A stretch of 59,377 bases of DNA, from assembly GCA_964464905.1 (NCBI GenBank), contig CAYXHC010000002.1, positions 1-59,377 of the forward strand, written 5' to 3'. This DNA is from an uncultured Lachnospiraceae bacterium. Lineage in GTDB: Bacteria; Bacillota; Clostridia; Oscillospirales; CAG-272. Below, piece after piece: positions 10,903-20,728 of the stretch. Position numbers and translations under genes: made by a program. The stretch's first letter is position 1, and each line of letters opens with the position of its first letter. A model generated the notes under the pieces. It saw nothing but the letters and a program-made list of their open reading frames with translations, was not told where the DNA came from and did no database searches.

Positions 10903-12436
10903 TTTCGGTGTCCTCCTCTCTTTCGGTCTTTGTCATAAGATAGCCTATCTCGTTTTTAGTAGCCGTGCGTGCGTCGAGAATACCCATGATTCGTCCGCTG
11001 CCGATAACGAGGATGCGGTCGCAGAGGTCTAAAAGCACGTCAAGGTCTTCGCCAACGAAAATAACGGCGACGCCCTTCTTTTTCTGATCGTTCAGAAGGT
11101 CGTAAATAAGGTAAGATGAGTTGATGTCAAGTCCGCGGACGGGATACGCCGCCATAAGGAGCGTAGGTGAGGAAGCGATCTCGCGGCCTAAAAGGACCTT
11201 CTGCACGTTACCGCCGGAAAGACGGCGAACGGGCGTCTCTGCGTCGGGGGTGACGACCTCAAGGTCGCGGATGATCTTTTCTGCAAGCTTTTCGGGTTCT
11301 GAGCGCTGAAGGAAAACGGAGTTACCGCTTCTATAACTGCGGAGCATCATATTATCAACGACGCCCATGTTGCCGACGAGACCCATACCGAGTCTGTCCT
11401 CGGGAACGAAGGAAAGACGAACGCCAAGCTCTCTTATTTCAAGGGGAGTCTTGTCGCGGAGGTCTTCGTCCTCGCCCGTTTTGGGGTTGCGGTAAGTGAG
11501 TGAACCGCTGTCCAGCTTCTGAAGACCTGCAATAGCTTCAAGAAGCTCACGCTGACCGCTTCCCGCAATACCTGCGATACCGAGTATCTCACCAGCGCGC
11601 GCGGTGAAGCTAACGTTGTCAAGAAGCTTAACGCCCTCGCGGTTGTGACAGTCGATGTTCTTAACGATCAGTCTGTCCTCGGGATTCACGGGGTCGGGGC
11701 GCTCAATGTTAAGCTCAACCTTTTTGCCAACCATCATTTCAGTGAGAAGCTGTTCGTTTGCTTCCGACGTTTTGACAGTACCGATATATTCACCGTGACG
11801 GAGAACGGCAACCTTATCGGAAAGCTCAAGCACCTCGTGAAGCTTGTGGGTGATGATGATAATGGCCTTTCCGTCGTTACGCATACGGCGGAGAATGTCG
11901 AAGAGCTTTTTGGTCTCCTGCGGAGTAAGCACCGCTGTGGGCTCGTCGAGAATGAGAATGTCGGCGCCCCTGTAAAGAACCTTGATTATTTCAACGGTCT
12001 GCTTTTCGGAAACGGACATTTCGTATATCTTCTTGGCAGGGTCGATGTCAAATCCATATTTTGCGCTTATTTCAGCAACCTTTTTCGTTACCGTGCGAAT
12101 GTCGAATCTGCCTTTTTCCTCAAGACCGAGGACGATATTTTCAGCCGCAGAGAAAATGTCCACAAGCTTGAAATGCTGATGTATCATGCCGATCTTATAG
12201 TCGAAAGCATCGTGGGGGGAATTGATGAAGGCTTCTTCACCGTAAATGAAGATACGGCCCTCATCAGGGTGATAAATACCGGATATCATATTCATAAGAG
12301 TCGTTTTACCGCTGCCGTTTTCGCCGAGAAGAGAAAGTATCTCGCCGCTGTTTACGGTCAGGTTTACGCCGCTGTTGGCGACGACGCTGCCGAATCTTTT
12401 GGTGATACCTCGCAGTTCGATTGCTACGTTGTTCAT
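10889..12436 (-). CDS. ABC transporter ATP-binding protein with two fused ATPase domains
   Basis: 515 aa with Walker A GENGSGKTT, the signature sequence LSGGNVQK in the second half, and a second degenerate nucleotide-binding domain. Confidence 0.9.
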   Translation of the reverse strand: MNNVAIELRGITKRFGSVVANSGVNLTVNSGEILSLLGENGSGKTTLMNMISGIYHPDEGRIFIYGEEAFINSPHDAFDYKIGMIHQHFKLVDIFSAAENIVLGLEEKGRFDIRTVTKKVAEISAKYGFDIDPAKKIYEMSVSEKQTVEIIKVLYRGADILILDEPTAVLTPQETKKLFDILRRMRNDGKAIIIITHKLHEVLELSDKVAVLRHGEYIGTVKTSEANEQLLTEMMVGKKVELNIERPDPVNPEDRLIVKNIDCHNREGVKLLDNVSFTARAGEILGIAGIAGSGQRELLEAIAGLQKLDSGSLTYRNPKTGEDEDLRDKTPLEIRELGVRLSFVPEDRLGMGLVGNMGVVDNMMLRSYRSGNSVFLQRSEPEKLAEKIIRDLEVVTPDAETPVRRLSGGNVQKVLLGREIASSPTLLMAAYPVRGLDINSSYLIYDLLNDQKKKGVAVIFVGEDLDVLLDLCDRILVIGSGRIMGILDARTATKNEIGYLMTKTEREEDTENAGN

Positions 12437-12529
12437 CGTTACTTACCTTTCATAACCGAAATTTCCATCCGGACGCAAAATAAACTTTTGCGCTCGGATG
12501 GAAAATCCGATATTCGTATTTACTTTTAT

Positions 12530-12572
12530 CAAAGAATAAAAGCCTACGGGGACGCCGCCGGGCGGAGTCCCC
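12530..12572 (-). terminator. Hairpin between the SBP and ATPase genes (partial terminator/attenuator)
   Basis: GGGGAC...GTCCCC stem (12548-12572), followed on the minus strand by GTAGGCTTTTATTCTTT. Confidence 0.5.
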
Positions 12573-12595
12573 ATTAGGCTATAGATCAGAACTGA

Positions 12596-13792
12596 TTACT
12601 GCGGAGCGTCGATACCGTCGATGATGATGTCGAAGTAAGGAGCGGAGCGCTGGCCGTCAGCGGATTCATCAAAGTAACCGTCGTGAACGACGTTGGTTTC
12701 ACCAACATAGTCGCCGTCAATGTCTGCGGGATACTCGGAGAGGGTAGCGCCGTTTACGGTGAACTTAGAGGTGTCAAATACCTTGAGAGTGCCTGCCTTG
12801 AACTCAGCGATAGCAGCGTCGATAGCTGCCTGAGTGCCTTCAGCTGCGCAAGCGGAGTTGAGCTCGGTGAGTACAACGGAGCCTTCTTCAATGCCGCCAC
12901 ACCAGTCGTAGGGGATCTCGCTGCCCTTGCCGTCCATCGTCTTTTCGATGATGAGCTTCATATAGGGCTCCCAGTTGATCTTGGAGGAGATGAGAGCGGT
13001 AGTGGGAGCGATGCTGATAGTGCTGATGTTGTATGCAACGTTGGGAACGCCTGCTTCTTCGCAAGCCTTGGGAGCGCCTTCGGAGTCAGCGTGCTGGCTG
13101 ATAAGAACGCAACCGGAGTTGATGAGGTTTTCAGCAGCGGTCTTTTCGAGTGCGATATCGAACCAGGAGTTGGTGTATTCGACCTTCATGGTAGCGGTGG
13201 GGCAAACGGAGCGAGCGCCGAGGAAGAAAGAGGTGTAGCCGGACTTAACTTCTGCATAGGGCCAAGCGCCAACGTAGCCGATAACGGCTTCTTCAGCGGT
13301 GATCTTGCCTTCTGCGATCATTTCGTTGAGCTTCATGCCTGCAGCGATACCTGCGAGGTAACGGCCTTCGTAAATGGAAGCGAATGCGTTGTGGTAGTTA
13401 GCAAGCTTTTCAACGTGAGCCTGAGTACCGGTAGCGTGGAAGAACTGTACTTCGGGGAATTCCTTAGCAGCCTGGATCATATAGGATTCGTGGCCGAAGG
13501 AGTCGGCGAAGATGAGGTCGCAGCCGGCATCAACGAGCTCGGAAGCTGCGTCGTAGCATTCGGGACCTTCAGGGATGTTGATCTTCATGATGACCTGATC
13601 TTCGGAAAGACCGAGAGCGATCGCTGCAGCGTTGGCAGCATCGATGAAGTTCTTGTCGTAGGTGGAGTTTTCATCATGGAGGAAGATGAAGCCTACTTTG
13701 AAATCTGCGTTTGCATCGCCGCAGGAGTTGAAGCATACTACGGAAGAAGCGAGCATAACAACTGCGAGGATGACAGTGATGAGTTTTTTCAT
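12596..13792 (-). CDS. BMP-family ABC substrate-binding lipoprotein (PnrA/Med-like)
   Basis: Starts MKKLITVILAVVMLASSVVCFNSCG (lipobox), preceded by an AGGAGAG RBS. The longer ORF-track start at 13840 lacks an RBS. Confidence 0.85.
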   Translation of the reverse strand: MKKLITVILAVVMLASSVVCFNSCGDANADFKVGFIFLHDENSTYDKNFIDAANAAAIALGLSEDQVIMKINIPEGPECYDAASELVDAGCDLIFADSFGHESYMIQAAKEFPEVQFFHATGTQAHVEKLANYHNAFASIYEGRYLAGIAAGMKLNEMIAEGKITAEEAVIGYVGAWPYAEVKSGYTSFFLGARSVCPTATMKVEYTNSWFDIALEKTAAENLINSGCVLISQHADSEGAPKACEEAGVPNVAYNISTISIAPTTALISSKINWEPYMKLIIEKTMDGKGSEIPYDWCGGIEEGSVVLTELNSACAAEGTQAAIDAAIAEFKAGTLKVFDTSKFTVNGATLSEYPADIDGDYVGETNVVHDGYFDESADGQRSAPYFDIIIDGIDAPQ

Positions 13793-14195
13793 TGTTCTCT
13801 CCTGAAAAAGAATAGATTTATGTAAATGAATTACATACAAGTAAAAAGAACAGACTCACTATGGGTCTGCTCAAACAAAAGTTAAAAAGACCAATAATAA
13901 TAACAACTTGTCGGTGCATATCTGCCGTTAATCAGATCGGGAAAGGTGAATGTTCCGTAGAAAATATCATATATCAAATATAGTTAAAATATTGGTTTTC
14001 ACGATCATATTATCACATAATAATATCGGCTTGTCAACTAAATTTACACTTTCGAAAAAAATTCGACATTTTACACAATAGAAAACGAAAAAACGAGCGT
14101 TTATGGGGAAAAACACACGACTTACAACGAATGCGGTATCATAATTGATCTCCCTCGTACGTATATATCTATCAGGAAATGCGAGGGAGGTGCCT

Positions 14196-14588
14196 ATGGA
14201 ATATTCGTGGAGATTTGGCGAGGTGACCAAGGGGTTTATCTGGGAGGAAAATATACCGCCGGAGCGCTGCCGTGTCAAAGAAAGCGACTCACGTAAACGT
14301 GACGGACGTGGCAGAGCCGCCGTCGCTGCAATGCTTCTTGCCGTAGTTGCATCGTATTTTACCGGCGAGATGCTGAGCCTTGATGAAACGGCGGTTGATG
14401 GCATAGGCTCGTCTTCCGCTTTGAGTGAGGCTGTGCCCGTTATGTCAACGGGAGCGTCGCCGGAAGCGGCGCGCTCGGAACAGTACGGTGAAGTGTGGAG
14501 ATCGGAGCGTGACGCGCGGATCGCGGAGCTGGCAACGGCGTATATCGAGGAGTATATGAGCAAAAACTACGGAGAGTGTCAGCCCTGA
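14196..14588 (+). CDS. Hypothetical single-pass membrane protein
   Basis: ATG at 14196 preceded by GAGGGAGG. One hydrophobic helix (AAVAAMLLAVVASYF). Its 3' end overlaps the M50 gene. Confidence 0.5.
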   Translation: MEYSWRFGEVTKGFIWEENIPPERCRVKESDSRKRDGRGRAAVAAMLLAVVASYFTGEMLSLDETAVDGIGSSSALSEAVPVMSTGASPEAARSEQYGEVWRSERDARIAELATAYIEEYMSKNYGECQP

Positions 14589-15067
14589 ACGCGATATTGA
14601 TCTTTCTGTCCGTGGTGCTTATACATGAGGCAGGGCATATTTTTGCAGCGGCACTGACGGGTGCGCGTGTGTCCGGACTCAGAGCCGTTGGCGGAGGTCT
14701 TAGTATACGCATTGACGGGACGGAGTCCTTGTCCTATGGTCGGGTCATCGCCGTGTGTGCGGGAGGTGCAGCTTTCAATCTTATTTCGTGCCTGATCCCG
14801 GGAATGGGGGAGCGTTTCCGCTTTTACAGTATCGGCGTTGCAGCTTTTAATCTTATACCGCTTCGCGGATCCGACGGCGATTTTATCGTATATACTTTGC
14901 TTTCAGCCGTGTCGGATCCGGTGCTGGCGGAACGAATAAGGCGCAAAATATCGTCCGCGATCCTTTTTCTTTTCTGGTGCGTTGCCGTGCTCGTCAATCT
15001 TACGGGCAACGGAGACCTGCCTCTGCTTCTTGCCGTTACATCAGTTATAATCGCAAAATACGAATAA
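14576..15067 (+). CDS. Minimal M50-family site-2 metalloprotease
   Basis: 163 aa with HEAGH in the first helix and the NLIPLRGSDG (NxxPxxxxDG) motif. GTG start. Confidence 0.7.
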   Translation: MSALNAILIFLSVVLIHEAGHIFAAALTGARVSGLRAVGGGLSIRIDGTESLSYGRVIAVCAGGAAFNLISCLIPGMGERFRFYSIGVAAFNLIPLRGSDGDFIVYTLLSAVSDPVLAERIRRKISSAILFLFWCVAVLVNLTGNGDLPLLLAVTSVIIAKYE

Positions 15068-15111
15068 AATCCGACTGCACAGAAAAATATTCGACAAATT
15101 TACGAAAAGTA

Positions 15112-15140
15112 TTGCATAAACAAATGCTATCTGTTAAAAT
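15112..15140 (+). promoter_or_regulatory. Sigma-A-type promoter for potABCD
   Basis: TTGCAT (15112-15117), 17-nt spacer, TAAAAT (15135-15140). Confidence 0.5.
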
Positions 15141-15309
15141 GATGGGGTAGAAAAATTAATAAAAAACCCGCCCGGGCACGGGCTGCTGTAAGGGAATTGC
15201 GTGCGGCTGTCTGTCATGGGGGGATTTTTCTATATTAGGGATAAAAACGAAAGGGGAGTTCCCGTCTGCCAAAGCGGATGGGAGAAATTGCGGGTAATAT
15301 AGGTAAGAA

Positions 15310-16434
15310 ATGAACGAAAGAAAGATCATTGAGCTGAAAGGTGTTACCAAATCCTTCGACGGGGAAACCGTGCTTGACAGTATTGACCTTAATATATACG
15401 ACAACGAGTTTATAACGCTTCTCGGTCCCTCCGGCTGCGGTAAGACGACGACTCTTCGCATCATCGGCGGTTTTGAGACCCCCGACTCCGGAGAGGTATA
15501 TTTTGATGGCGTGAATATCACCGATACGCCACCCTATAAGAGACGTATTAATACCGTTTTTCAGCGATATGCGCTGTTCCCTCATCTCAATGTATATGAA
15601 AACATTGCCTTCGGTTTGCGCGTAGCCAAGGTCTCCGACGCGGAGATCTCGGAAAGAGTCCGTGAGATGCTTGACCTTGTGAATCTTAAAGGGTTCGAGC
15701 GCCGCCACGTTACGACGCTTTCGGGCGGTCAGCAGCAGAGAGTTGCCATTGCACGCGCGCTTGTCAATAAGCCACGTGTTCTTCTTCTGGACGAGCCTCT
15801 TGCCGCGCTTGACTTAAAGCTCCGTAAGGATATGCAGAATGAACTGAAGAGTATTCAGAAAAAGACGGGTATCACATTTATATTCGTTACGCACGACCAG
15901 GAAGAGGCACTTTCCATGTCCGATACCGTCGTCGTTATGAATGCAGGCTCCATTATCCAGATAGGTACTCCCACCGATATATATAACGAGCCGGTCAACG
16001 CTTATGTTGCCGACTTCATCGGCGAATCCAATATCGTAGACGGCATCATGCTTGCCGATTATAAGGTCCGCCTTGCAGGCCACACCTTCGACTGCGTAGA
16101 CGCGGGATTTGACAAAAACGAACCCGTTGACGTTGTTATCCGTCCTGAGGACGTTGACGTTGTTTCTCTCGAAAAGGGAATGCTCAAAGGAAAGGTGACC
16201 TCCGTTACCTTCAAGGGCGTTCACTATGAGGTTATCGTCGATATCTCCGGCTTCAAATGGATGATACAGACGACGGACTACGTTGCTCCCGAGGCGGAGA
16301 TCGGCATCTACATCGAGCCCGATGCCATTCATATAATGAAGAAATCCGAATATTCCAATATGTTCGGCGACTATTCCTCCTTCAGTGACGAGCTTGAGCT
16401 CCTCTCGGAGAATATCGAGGAGGAAGAGGAATGA
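15310..16434 (+). CDS. potA: Spermidine/putrescine ABC importer ATP-binding protein
   Basis: 374 aa with [24 protein letters not shown] and a C-terminal TOBE-like domain. Confidence 0.9.
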   Translation: MNERKIIELKGVTKSFDGETVLDSIDLNIYDNEFITLLGPSGCGKTTTLRIIGGFETPDSGEVYFDGVNITDTPPYKRRINTVFQRYALFPHLNVYENIAFGLRVAKVSDAEISERVREMLDLVNLKGFERRHVTTLSGGQQQRVAIARALVNKPRVLLLDEPLAALDLKLRKDMQNELKSIQKKTGITFIFVTHDQEEALSMSDTVVVMNAGSIIQIGTPTDIYNEPVNAYVADFIGESNIVDGIMLADYKVRLAGHTFDCVDAGFDKNEPVDVVIRPEDVDVVSLEKGMLKGKVTSVTFKGVHYEVIVDISGFKWMIQTTDYVAPEAEIGIYIEPDAIHIMKKSEYSNMFGDYSSFSDELELLSENIEEEEE

Positions 16435-17267
16435 AGCGCAGTTTTTTAGAAAGAGCCGCGGCGGCACCGCACATCGTATGGAGCGTTCTTTTTATAATCG
16501 CGCCGCTGCTGTTCTCCGTTTATTACGCCTTCACAGACCTTGACGGGAACTTTACCTTCGAAAACGTACAGCGTCTCTGGAACGGTAATTATCTTCTCAT
16601 ACTTCTTAATTCCCTTTGTCTTGCGCTGATAGCCACACTCGTGTGTCTCGTTATAGCGTATCCCACGGCGTATTTCTTCTCCCGTATGAAGGCAAAGTGG
16701 CAAAAGATCGCGATCCTTCTCATAATGGTGCCCCTTTGGATGAACTTTCTCATCACCACTTATTCATGGATGACGATCCTTGAGGATACCGGTATCATAA
16801 ATTCCGTTTTAGGATATTTCGGTATCGATCCCGTTCACATGATAAACACTCCCGGCGCCGTTATCGTCGGTATGGTGTTCTGCTATCTCCCTTATATGAT
16901 ACTTCCCATTTATTCCGTAATGGCGGGTATCGACACGCGGCTCCTTGAGGCATCTGCAGATCTGGGCTGCAACAATTTCAAGATCCTCACGAAGGTTGTT
17001 ATGCCTATGTCCCTCTCGGGCGTTATCTCCGGCATAACTATGGTGTTCGTTCCCTCTATCTCCACCTTCTATATCTCCCAGAAGCTTGGAGGCGGTACCT
17101 TCCAGCTTATCGGTGACACCATCGAAAGCTATTTCACGGGAACTGCCATCAACTATCATTTCGGCGCGGCGCTTTCCCTTATCCTTATGGTGCTGATACT
17201 CATCTCCATGGCGATAATGAACCGCTATTCCGATTCTGAGGACTCCAAGGGGGTGCCGATGATATGA
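16431..17267 (+). CDS. potB: Spermidine/putrescine ABC permease
   Basis: 278-aa permease with the EAA-type loop ([17 protein letters not shown]). Start overlaps the potA stop. Confidence 0.88.
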   Translation: MKRSFLERAAAAPHIVWSVLFIIAPLLFSVYYAFTDLDGNFTFENVQRLWNGNYLLILLNSLCLALIATLVCLVIAYPTAYFFSRMKAKWQKIAILLIMVPLWMNFLITTYSWMTILEDTGIINSVLGYFGIDPVHMINTPGAVIVGMVFCYLPYMILPIYSVMAGIDTRLLEASADLGCNNFKILTKVVMPMSLSGVISGITMVFVPSISTFYISQKLGGGTFQLIGDTIESYFTGTAINYHFGAALSLILMVLILISMAIMNRYSDSEDSKGVPMI

Positions 17268-18127
17268 AAACTTTATCCAAAGTATATCTCACCCTCGTAT
17301 TCATTTTTCTTTATGCTCCCATACTCGTTATGATACTCATCTCCTTCAATTCGGGAGAATCAACGACGGAGTTTATGGGCTTTTCCCTCAAATGGTACCG
17401 CGAACTCTTCCGCGACAGAGCAACCCTCGAGGCGCTGAAAAACACCCTCGTGCTTTCTATCCTTTCCGCGGTCATATCCACCGTTATCGGCACTCTTGCC
17501 GCCGTTGGTATCGTCCGGATGCGCCGTCGCTGGCTCAGAAGCACCGTTATGTCGGTGACGAACGTGCCGATGATGAACCCCGATATCGTCACGGGCATCT
17601 CTCTTATGCTCCTTTTCGTTTTCGTGGGCACTCTTCTCGGTCTTGATTCCTATCTTTCCTTCTGGACCCTGCTCATCGCCCATATCACCTTCAATCTTCC
17701 TTACGTTATCCTTTCCGTTCTGCCTAAAATAAAGCAGATGGACAAGAATATTCCCGAGGCCGCACTTGACCTTGGCTGCACTCCTTTTCAGTCGTTTATG
17801 AAGGTGGAGCTGCCCTTTATGATGCCCGGTATCATCACCGGATTCATAATGGCGTTCACCCTTTCCTTCGACGATTTCGTTATCAGTAATTTCACCTCCG
17901 GTTCGAGCTATCAGACCTTGACGATACACATCTATTCAATGATAAAAAAGAGCGTCAAGCCTGATATATACGCACTTTCAACGCTTATCTTTGCGGCAGT
18001 CCTCTTGCTCCTTATCGTTTATAATTTCACCGAAAATTCCGACGAAAGAGCGCGTCGCAGATCTGCCGCCGCAGAACAGCGCCGCCGCCGTGAGCTTCGA
18101 CGCAAGAGAGGGGAGGTACACCAGTGA
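17264..18127 (+). CDS. potC: Spermidine/putrescine ABC permease with an Arg-rich C-terminal tail
   Basis: 287 aa with the EAALDLGCTPFQSF loop. The tail reads ERARRRSAAAEQRRRRELRRKRGEVHQ. Confidence 0.88.
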   Translation: MKTLSKVYLTLVFIFLYAPILVMILISFNSGESTTEFMGFSLKWYRELFRDRATLEALKNTLVLSILSAVISTVIGTLAAVGIVRMRRRWLRSTVMSVTNVPMMNPDIVTGISLMLLFVFVGTLLGLDSYLSFWTLLIAHITFNLPYVILSVLPKIKQMDKNIPEAALDLGCTPFQSFMKVELPFMMPGIITGFIMAFTLSFDDFVISNFTSGSSYQTLTIHIYSMIKKSVKPDIYALSTLIFAAVLLLLIVYNFTENSDERARRRSAAAEQRRRRELRRKRGEVHQ

Positions 18128-19344
18128 AAAAGGTGCTGATCCTTACCGTTATCCTGTCACTGCTGATCCTTTGCTCCTGCGGTGCAAACGAAGGCGACGA
18201 GCTTTTCGTTTACAACTGGGGCGAGTATATCTCCGACGGCTCCGATGATTCTCTTGACGTTATCGCCGCCTTCGAGGAATATTACGAGGAGCTGACGGGC
18301 AGACCCATGAAGGTCCACTACACGACCTATCCTTCAAACGAGGATATGTATGCGAAGATCTCAGGCGGTACCTCCAATTACGACGTTATCATTCCTTCCG
18401 ACTATATGATCGAGCGAATGATATCCGAGGATCTGCTTCTGCCCGTTAATATCGAGTCCGTTTGTGAGTCCTACGGCGCCGAATGCTACTACGATTACAT
18501 CGGCGAGGACTTCCGCGGTCTTTATTACGACCCCACGGATACCTATTCCGTTCCCTATACCTACGGCCGCGTAGGCATAATCTATAACACCACTATGGTA
18601 GACCCCGAGGACTGCACCGGCTGGGAGCTTATGTGGAACGAAAAGTATAAGGGCAAGATCCTGCAGTTCAACAATTCCCGCGACGGATTTGCAACGGCAC
18701 AGTATATGCTGGAGCAGAACGTGAACACCACTGATCCCGAGGATTGGCGTGCCGCTGTTGAACTTCTTTTAGAGCAGAAGCCTCTCATTCAGTCCTACGT
18801 AATGGACGAGATCTATAATAAAATGGAATCGGGCGAGGCTGCCGTATCTGCATACTACGCAGGCGACTACTTCACAATGCTTGATATCAACGAGGATCTC
18901 GGCTTCTTCTATCCTGAGCATACCAACGTTTTCGTTGATTCAATGTGCATCCCCAAGGGAAGCGGAAATCCCGAGATCGCGGCCCTCTTCATCAATTTTA
19001 TGCTTTCCCCCGAGCCTGCAATAGCAAATGCGGAGTATATATATTACGCATCCCCCAACTCTCTCGTTTTTCAGAATGAGGGTTATATCGAGGATATGGG
19101 CGAGGAGGCAATGGAGATACTCTATCCCGAAGGCTTCGACTTTGCCGCAGCCCTTAACGAATACGGATACCGTAATCTTGACACCGAGACACTTTCCCTC
19201 GTTTCCTCTCTCTGGGAGGAGCTTAAGATCACGGGCGGACTCCCCACCGGCGTGTACGTTACCGCCGCCACCCTTGCCGTCGCCGTTGCCGCTATAATAA
19301 TCTGCGTCAACGTCGTAAAACGCCGCCGCGCAAAGTGGTATTGA
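18124..19344 (+). CDS. potD: Spermidine/putrescine-binding lipoprotein with an extra C-terminal hydrophobic helix
   Basis: The GTG start overlaps the potC stop. Lipobox LLILCSCG, a PotD-type body, and C-terminal VYVTAATLAVAVAAIIICVNVVKRRRAKWY. Confidence 0.85.
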   Translation: MKKVLILTVILSLLILCSCGANEGDELFVYNWGEYISDGSDDSLDVIAAFEEYYEELTGRPMKVHYTTYPSNEDMYAKISGGTSNYDVIIPSDYMIERMISEDLLLPVNIESVCESYGAECYYDYIGEDFRGLYYDPTDTYSVPYTYGRVGIIYNTTMVDPEDCTGWELMWNEKYKGKILQFNNSRDGFATAQYMLEQNVNTTDPEDWRAAVELLLEQKPLIQSYVMDEIYNKMESGEAAVSAYYAGDYFTMLDINEDLGFFYPEHTNVFVDSMCIPKGSGNPEIAALFINFMLSPEPAIANAEYIYYASPNSLVFQNEGYIEDMGEEAMEILYPEGFDFAAALNEYGYRNLDTETLSLVSSLWEELKITGGLPTGVYVTAATLAVAVAAIIICVNVVKRRRAKWY

Positions 19345-19355
19345 TGAAAACAAAT

Positions 19356-19390
19356 AAAAACGCCTGAGTCCTCAGGCGTTTTTTTGTTTT
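19356..19390 (+). terminator. Intrinsic terminator of the pot operon
   Basis: AAAAACGCCTGAG/CTCAGGCGTTTTT hairpin followed by a T-run. Confidence 0.85.
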
Positions 19391-19478
19391 TGCGGAGGGG
19401 CTTGCTCTCTCCAATCACAACTCAAGCAACGTCCGAAAAAATCAAACGGTGTTTGAGTCTTTCGCCAAAACGGCGTTA

Positions 19479-19507
19479 TTGACTCTGCCCGACGCGAAAG
19501 ATATAAT
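19479..19507 (+). promoter_or_regulatory. Sigma-A-type promoter of the XRE regulator gene
   Basis: TTGACT, 17-nt spacer, TATAAT. Confidence 0.6.
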
Positions 19508-19558
19508 ATGATCAGGACGTGCGCATAGTCTTGATTCATTTCATAAGGAGAAATAACG

Positions 19559-20728
19559 ATGGCTGAATTGAGAATACCCGAAGTGATCCTTTCCGAAAGG
19601 AAAAAACGTAATATGACGCAGGAGGAGCTTGCCGCGGCTCTCGGTGTGTCCCCTCAGGCGGTGTCGAATTGGGAGCGCGGCGGCTATCCCGATATAACTA
19701 TGCTTCCGAGTATCGCAAACTATTTTGAATTGACCATAGATGAGCTGCTCGGAAACGATGACGTGAGCAAGGAGTTAGCCTTTAATAAATACTACGAAAC
19801 AGCTACTGAGGCCGACCGAGAAACTAATGGCTATGAGGCGGGATTGAAGGTCGCCTTGGAGTATCATCGAAAATACCCAAATGATTTTTATTACATGTAC
19901 GATATTGTTTGGCGTGTGCCGATGTTATCACGTGATGAACGAGAGCAATATCTTCCTGTAATGCGAGAGTGTTGTGAGAATATTATTGATAAATGCACAT
20001 ATCAAGGCTATCGCGAAGAGGCGATACGTAGTATGTGTATAACTTGTGACGATGAGGAGTTTGATAAGTGGTATCGTCTTGGAGCGCTTGATTATAAATC
20101 ATATTCTGATGAAATGAGGGAGCTTCGCTTGTGGGATCAAGGGAAACACGATGCAAGCCGCCGAATAAACGACCTGAATAACTTAGCGATACTACTGCAT
20201 TTTTTGTTCAGAGATCACCGTAATTGGGCTGCCCCTGAAAAATCTGTCGCATGGCATGAATACAGAATCCGTATGGTCGAGTTTTTGGCAGAGGGCGGGG
20301 AGATTCCGCAGGCATGGTGCGGGGTGTATGCTTATCTTCATTTTGCGGCTGCTTGTTCATCGTTTGGATGCGGGCGGAACGAAGCCGGATATGCATATAT
20401 TGAAAAAACTTTTGAACTTTATCCGAAATGGTTTTCAATTCCCGATCAAACACCGATGGAAGTGGGGAACTTTTGGGTTTTTGGCGGTATGAAGATCATA
20501 AAGAACGGTTTCGAGGTTGTTTTTCCGGACGGTGAAAAGCAAACGATACGGAATTATTGCTATATGTTCCATGATGATATGTGGGGATATAAGTGGATGT
20601 ATCACGGTATGACCGCAGCCTCCGGCTGGGAATGGTTTGACGGTGTACGCGAAGAAGATCGCTTCCGCGAATACGTGGAACGCGCGAGAGTGCTTGCGGA
20701 AGCCGAAACGAACGACCAAACACAATAA
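19559..20728 (+). CDS. XRE-family HTH transcriptional regulator with a long C-terminal domain
   Basis: 389 aa. The N-terminal HTH_3 region reads MTQEELAAALGVSPQAVSNWERGGYPDITMLPSIANYFELTIDELL. Confidence 0.85.
   Translation: MAELRIPEVILSERKKRNMTQEELAAALGVSPQAVSNWERGGYPDITMLPSIANYFELTIDELLGNDDVSKELAFNKYYETATEADRETNGYEAGLKVALEYHRKYPNDFYYMYDIVWRVPMLSRDEREQYLPVMRECCENIIDKCTYQGYREEAIRSMCITCDDEEFDKWYRLGALDYKSYSDEMRELRLWDQGKHDASRRINDLNNLAILLHFLFRDHRNWAAPEKSVAWHEYRIRMVEFLAEGGEIPQAWCGVYAYLHFAAACSSFGCGRNEAGYAYIEKTFELYPKWFSIPDQTPMEVGNFWVFGGMKIIKNGFEVVFPDGEKQTIRNYCYMFHDDMWGYKWMYHGMTAASGWEWFDGVREEDRFREYVERARVLAEAETNDQTQ

Noticed and set aside
11645-12577. 310-aa plus-strand ORF antisense to the double-ATPase gene.
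   Set aside because: It is antisense to a gene with clear Walker and signature motifs, and I recognised no motif of its own.
12683-13825. 380-aa plus-strand ORF antisense to the BMP lipoprotein gene.
   Set aside because: It lies entirely within, and opposite to, a well-recognised SBP gene. Its composition is low-complexity and Gly/Val/Asp-rich, typical of antisense frames, and it has no RBS.
13967-14563. 198-aa minus-strand ORF across the 13.9-14.5 kb intergenic region and the small membrane-protein gene.
   Set aside because: It spans a promoter-rich AT-rich spacer and is antisense to a gene with a good RBS. Its composition is Ser/Arg/Ala-rich and junk-like.
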